NCBI GenBank assembly: GCA_963702025.1
Contig: OY969699.1
Location: forward strand, 224,001 to 288,000
Reading direction: 5' to 3'
Length of the DNA: 64,000 nt
DNA from: an uncultured bacterium
Lineage (GTDB): Bacteria; Babelota; Babeliae; Babelales; Vermiphilaceae
This document shows positions 59,778-64,000 of the stretch, piece by piece. Below the pieces are notes generated by a model, which worked only from the letters and a program-made list of their open reading frames with translations, made no database searches and was not told the origin of the DNA. The translations under genes were made by a program, and so were the position numbers. Within the stretch, counting starts at the first letter, position 1, and every line of letters starts with the position of its first letter.

Positions 59778-60083
59778 TTAACTTTCCCAGCTTATACTCT
59801 CTGGAAACACATTATTTTTAATGGCATTTATACCTTTAATTATAGGACAAGCATTAATTTGAGGTTTTAAAGCTAAATCTTCTTTTACAAAACAATCTAA
59901 TTCAATATCATAAATGCAGTCTGGTGCGGTAAATTCCAAAGTCTTGTAAAACAAAATTTTTTTTGTTAACGGATTTAACCCCATATAATAACTGATTTCA
60001 TCAAGAGAATCATTTTTATATACTGCATAATAGTGAATATTATTTTCCATACCAATTTTTCTAATAAGTATTAGACGACCCAT
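59778..60083 (-). CDS. Putative cognate immunity protein
   Basis: Starts 10 bp after the stop of the toxin-like gene, with AAGGA RBS. Confidence 0.6.
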   Translation of the reverse strand: MGRLILIRKIGMENNIHYYAVYKNDSLDEISYYMGLNPLTKKILFYKTLEFTAPDCIYDIELDCFVKEDLALKPQINACPIIKGINAIKNNVFPESISWES

Positions 60084-60093
60084 ATGATTCCTT

Positions 60094-62277
60094 TCAATGG
60101 AAAAGCTCGCATCTCCAATTATGAATACCATCGACATAAGTATGCAATTCTCTGTTTGTTAGCTCTGGAAAATTCTCAGTTAATTTACTTTCAGCAAATT
60201 CATGCATAAACCATTCCAAATCACCTTTCCCAAAAGAATTATTAACCAGCCTTTCCCAACTTTCAGCAATATTTTTATCAGGAGCAAACCGATTTAATCC
60301 TTCATCTAAGTTATGCTTATTGTAAAATACGTGTTCCTTAACTCTTTCCACCCATTTTTTTTCGATTCTAAGGTTTTCAGATACTTTTTCAATATCAACT
60401 TTATCAGCTCGAACTTGTTCATAAAGTTGGCTGGCCTCTCTATCTAATGCTTGAATATCTGCATCAATATTAATATGATCCTTTACTTTTAAATCCGGCA
60501 CCTCTTTTTTTATTTCCTTAATTCTTTCCAGACAATCCATATAATCTTTATCCTGCGTTAGCTGACCCTCAAACTTTTTGGTTATCTCAGGCTCGGCTAA
60601 TTTTTCAGAATTCTTATTCTTTTCAGGATCTTCCGGATTTAAACCACCGGACCCTTGAGAACCGGTAATTTGATTATTATTTACCGAATTTTGTTGCTCC
60701 GAACTATCTGCTTTATTTGCAATATCAATGATTACTTGTTCAGGAGCATCTAAAAATTCTTTAATTTCCGCAGTAATATCTATTTTAACTTCTTCATTTA
60801 AAACTGCATTATTATTTTCTTCAAACTGGTTAGAGATGGTATCGTTAGAAGCACTATTCTCAACTGCCACCGGATCATTTTTATTAAGCTGAGCTTCTGC
60901 TGCTTGCGCAGCTTTCTCCAATGATTTATTTAAACTAGCATCATAGACATTCAGTAAGACTTTATATTTTGACTCAAGATCAATTTTTTCATCATAATCT
61001 AACTTCTTATATGAATCCTTAAATGCCTCAATAAAAGCAAGCGCTTCGGAGAATTTACCTTCTCTGCAAAGTATTTCTACTTTTTTTAAATTTAGAATAA
61101 ACGGACAATTGTTTATTTTTTCAGGCATATTTTGTTCTGGTTCTAAGCCATATAATAGCTTATTGGTTGCAGAATAAATCCATGAACCAGCGTCAAAAAA
61201 TCTATCTTGAAAATCGGCTTCACCAGTCTCATAATCATGCGCCAGATGATAGCCAGGCAATGCTCTTTTAGCATACAAATAATCTAAATAAGCTTTTTGA
61301 TTCCCTCCAAAAGTTGCCTTAATCGCTGGGGATAGAATATTAAAAAGTTCTTCCCGCTTATCGCTGCTATTGATTATATTAAAATCTTTATTAGCATAAA
61401 AAAAATTTTTGAACTCAGTTCGAATTTTACCTCGTAAATCCGGATCAGAAATACTTGCCCAAATTCCAGTAACATCTGGAGAATTTGATAGAGCTTTTAA
61501 TTGAATGGCCAATGCCTTGAGATTATTGCTTGGGGACATCAGTTGTTCAAAAATAGTCAACGCTACTTGTTGTGTCAAAGGTTCGCTCATTCCAGAGGCT
61601 CTTTTTTGTGCATAATCATCTGGCATTCTGCTAACAGCATCATAATCAACACTATCAGGATAAGCTGGATAATCGACCGCATGGCTATCATTGTTGTATA
61701 CATTTTCATATGAAAAATTAAAATCCCGATTCGTTGATTCGATACCACTCACTTCCACCGGTGAAGATAGGGGCTCGGATACCGGTGCAACTAAATCATT
61801 AATTTCAGCAGCAAGGATAGTTGTTTCATTCTGCGCCACAATTGATGAAGATACTCCATAGTCACTTGTTGCATTCATTGTTTCTGTGCTATGCGGCGAA
61901 TAACTTACTGAACTTGTTTCTATATCTGTTGCACTGATGTTTGAAGGCTTGTCGTGCAACATTTTTTCAACTATTTGATCTGTATAACTATTTGGATTCT
62001 CAAAAATGCGGCCAGTACTCAAATTGTTATGGTCATCCACCAGACGAATGCTTTGATAATCAACGTAACTTGTGTTCGTAGAATCATTTGTTGGATAATC
62101 CGGCGCATTATCCAAAATCGACTTAAATCCCAGCACAGCATAAGCTGCTTCAACTGCCTTCTCGACATACGGCTCGGCTTGCCAGAGCAAATTTGCCATT
62201 GGAAAAGAAGATAAACAAGAAAAAACTAATATTAAAGCCTGATATTTTAAAATAAATATATAACGATTAATAACCAT
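60094..62277 (-). CDS. Putative secreted polymorphic toxin
   Basis: Signal-like N-terminus; GSQGSGGLNPEDPEK linker; C-terminal domain RFAPDKNIAESWERL...HEFAES...H; followed by small immunity-like genes. Confidence 0.6.
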   Translation of the reverse strand: MVINRYIFILKYQALILVFSCLSSFPMANLLWQAEPYVEKAVEAAYAVLGFKSILDNAPDYPTNDSTNTSYVDYQSIRLVDDHNNLSTGRIFENPNSYTDQIVEKMLHDKPSNISATDIETSSVSYSPHSTETMNATSDYGVSSSIVAQNETTILAAEINDLVAPVSEPLSSPVEVSGIESTNRDFNFSYENVYNNDSHAVDYPAYPDSVDYDAVSRMPDDYAQKRASGMSEPLTQQVALTIFEQLMSPSNNLKALAIQLKALSNSPDVTGIWASISDPDLRGKIRTEFKNFFYANKDFNIINSSDKREELFNILSPAIKATFGGNQKAYLDYLYAKRALPGYHLAHDYETGEADFQDRFFDAGSWIYSATNKLLYGLEPEQNMPEKINNCPFILNLKKVEILCREGKFSEALAFIEAFKDSYKKLDYDEKIDLESKYKVLLNVYDASLNKSLEKAAQAAEAQLNKNDPVAVENSASNDTISNQFEENNNAVLNEEVKIDITAEIKEFLDAPEQVIIDIANKADSSEQQNSVNNNQITGSQGSGGLNPEDPEKNKNSEKLAEPEITKKFEGQLTQDKDYMDCLERIKEIKKEVPDLKVKDHINIDADIQALDREASQLYEQVRADKVDIEKVSENLRIEKKWVERVKEHVFYNKHNLDEGLNRFAPDKNIAESWERLVNNSFGKGDLEWFMHEFAESKLTENFPELTNRELHTYVDGIHNWRCELFH

Positions 62278-62295
62278 AATTTCACCCTCTTTGTT

Positions 62296-63903
62296 TTACA
62301 ACCATCCCAATAATGCCAATACCTTTGGCAGATATGGCAGCAAGGCTACCCCCAAATTAAGCAATTGAATATTTCGGCTTTCTTCAGAGCGTCCATCTGC
62401 TTGTACTGCTGTATCTTTTGACAACCCCATAGACTCACGCTGCAAACTCTGGCTTTCCAATGCTCTCAGATTTGAATTTTCAGCGCTTTCTTTACTTACC
62501 ACCAAACCTTCTTTGGCAACTGTTAAAGATTCGAGAGATCTGGTATCGGCTTTCGCGGCGATATCTTTTGATGACTGTAAAGACTCGCGCTGTAAAGCCT
62601 GACTCTCGAGTGCCCGCAAATTTGATTTTTCAGCACTTTCTTTGTTTACTAATAAACCCTCTTTTGCAACTTTTAAAGATTCAACTGATCTAGCATCGGC
62701 GTTCGCGGCAATTTCTTTTTGCACAGCAATGCTTTGAGCAGAAACATCCTTTGATAATTGAATGGACTCACGTTGCAAAACCTGGCTTTCAACCGCCCTT
62801 AAATCTACCTTCGCAGCGCTTTCTTTGCTTAGTCTGATCCCTTCTCTTGCCAATCTTAAAGATTCAAGGCCATTCTTGATAGAAAATATAGTATTAATAA
62901 TGCCAACGATATTTGCTATTGCACCAATTGTTTGAACGGTGTACGTAAAGACTTCTTTTTTATCCCATTCTGTTTTTTCTGTTAACTTTTCATCTTTTTT
63001 TAATTCGTTAAGAGCCTTCATAAAATCAGCGAGCGTTATTACTGGAGTATCAACATTTCTATCCCCTGCCCATCCAAGAGCAAGAACAACAAGCTTGTTA
63101 ATATCCCTATTAGAACGCCCCTTAACATGAGTAATTAATTTTTGAATTGTTTTTTGAGAATCAACTTGTTCTCCCTGTAAACAAGTTAAAATGATGCTAT
63201 TTATTGCATCGGGATTTTTCAAGTATGGAATTTCAAAAATTGACCCTTTTATTCTTGATTGTAATGGCACAGGCATTCCGGTTATTTCATTTGATGTACC
63301 GATAAACAATAATTTATTCTTTATCAGCACATCTAACATTTCCCATAAAGCTGACGGAGTCTCATCTTCAGCTTGATTTTCAGATTTTTTGCTTTTTTTT
63401 CTTGCAAGTTTATCAACTTCATCGACTACGAGATTTGCCTTAGCTCTTGCTGCAATATTTCCGATTCGGCGCAAGCTAGATTTGCCCGAATTTGCATATT
63501 CACTTTCCAACTGGCTACCTTTAACTACCATGAAAGGCATATCCATCTGCTGTAGGACAACATGGGCCAAAGTGCTTTTTCCACTCCCGGTAGGACCATA
63601 AAAAATCATACAATCGGGCAACGCTCGCGTACGTGCACGTCTTCGAGGATCAATTAATCGTTCAACACGCTCCTTAACATCTCCAGGTAAATTAGAAATT
63701 ACCTGATCACAGTATTCTTTAGGAATTTTTTCCAAATCTGTTGAATACGTGACTGCTGCCAAACTCTCTCTTTCTAAATCAAATAAACTAGTTTGTCCGG
63801 ATCTCGATGAACCCATTCCATTCGGCATGGGCCTTTCTGGTTTCTCCTGAGCGGCAATAGAAATAAAAAAACAAAATGAAATGAATGCACATAGCTTGTT
63901 CAT
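62296..63903 (-). CDS. AAA+ ATPase with signal peptide, TM segment and C-terminal tandem repeats
   Basis: MNKLCAFISFCFFISIAA; GPTGSGKS, LVVDE, GTSN, LQSRI. Confidence 0.88.
   Translation of the reverse strand: MNKLCAFISFCFFISIAAQEKPERPMPNGMGSSRSGQTSLFDLERESLAAVTYSTDLEKIPKEYCDQVISNLPGDVKERVERLIDPRRRARTRALPDCMIFYGPTGSGKSTLAHVVLQQMDMPFMVVKGSQLESEYANSGKSSLRRIGNIAARAKANLVVDEVDKLARKKSKKSENQAEDETPSALWEMLDVLIKNKLLFIGTSNEITGMPVPLQSRIKGSIFEIPYLKNPDAINSIILTCLQGEQVDSQKTIQKLITHVKGRSNRDINKLVVLALGWAGDRNVDTPVITLADFMKALNELKKDEKLTEKTEWDKKEVFTYTVQTIGAIANIVGIINTIFSIKNGLESLRLAREGIRLSKESAAKVDLRAVESQVLQRESIQLSKDVSAQSIAVQKEIAANADARSVESLKVAKEGLLVNKESAEKSNLRALESQALQRESLQSSKDIAAKADTRSLESLTVAKEGLVVSKESAENSNLRALESQSLQRESMGLSKDTAVQADGRSEESRNIQLLNLGVALLPYLPKVLALLGWL
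62380..62865 (-). repeat. Three ~150-bp coding tandem repeats (50-aa unit made of two 25-aa halves)
   Basis: Unit ESLKVAKEGLLVNKESAEKSNLRALESQALQRESLQSSKDIAAKADTRSL. Confidence 0.85.
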
Positions 63904-64000
63904 GATGCTCTTTCGATGCAAAATGTTTAGATATATTGGGAAAATTATCAAAATTTATGTGAGTATTTTTTGAATTTTAAAAAAGTTTTAAACTGTAGCC

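Overview
AT-rich bacterial chromosomal window. Housekeeping genes (type II secretion pseudopilin cluster gspFGHIJK, comM/yifB, acpS, initiator tRNA-Met, Nudix hydrolase, murJ, ABC-F, lolD-like, lon, atpD-atpC, pgeF, ftsQ-like/ftsA/ftsZ, TrmH/RlmB methylase) are interleaved with many signal-peptide-bearing proteins carrying eukaryote-like modules (ankyrin, LRR, WD40, F-box-like, BC-box-like, CaaX). This suggests an intracellular parasite of protists, most likely Candidatus Dependentiae (TM6/Babelota); the taxonomy is an inference. Highlights: (1) about 20 unrelated proteins share the grammar 'Sec signal + AxA-type site + Met (mostly Met-Glu)', often followed directly by an NLS-like basic patch; a tandem ankyrin array among them has a eukaryotic co-activator-like layout (NLS, acidic patch, coiled coil, P/Q-rich linker, ankyrins); (2) a polymorphic-toxin/immunity-like cassette is bracketed by two signal-peptide-bearing AAA ATPases; (3) a family of nested palindromic repeats is inserted in-frame into gspI (cleaved leader) and pgeF and also occurs intergenically; (4) three toxin-antitoxin loci all have a disabled toxin. 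No CRISPR array, rRNA or transposase was seen. All product calls come from reading motifs by eye; no searches were run.
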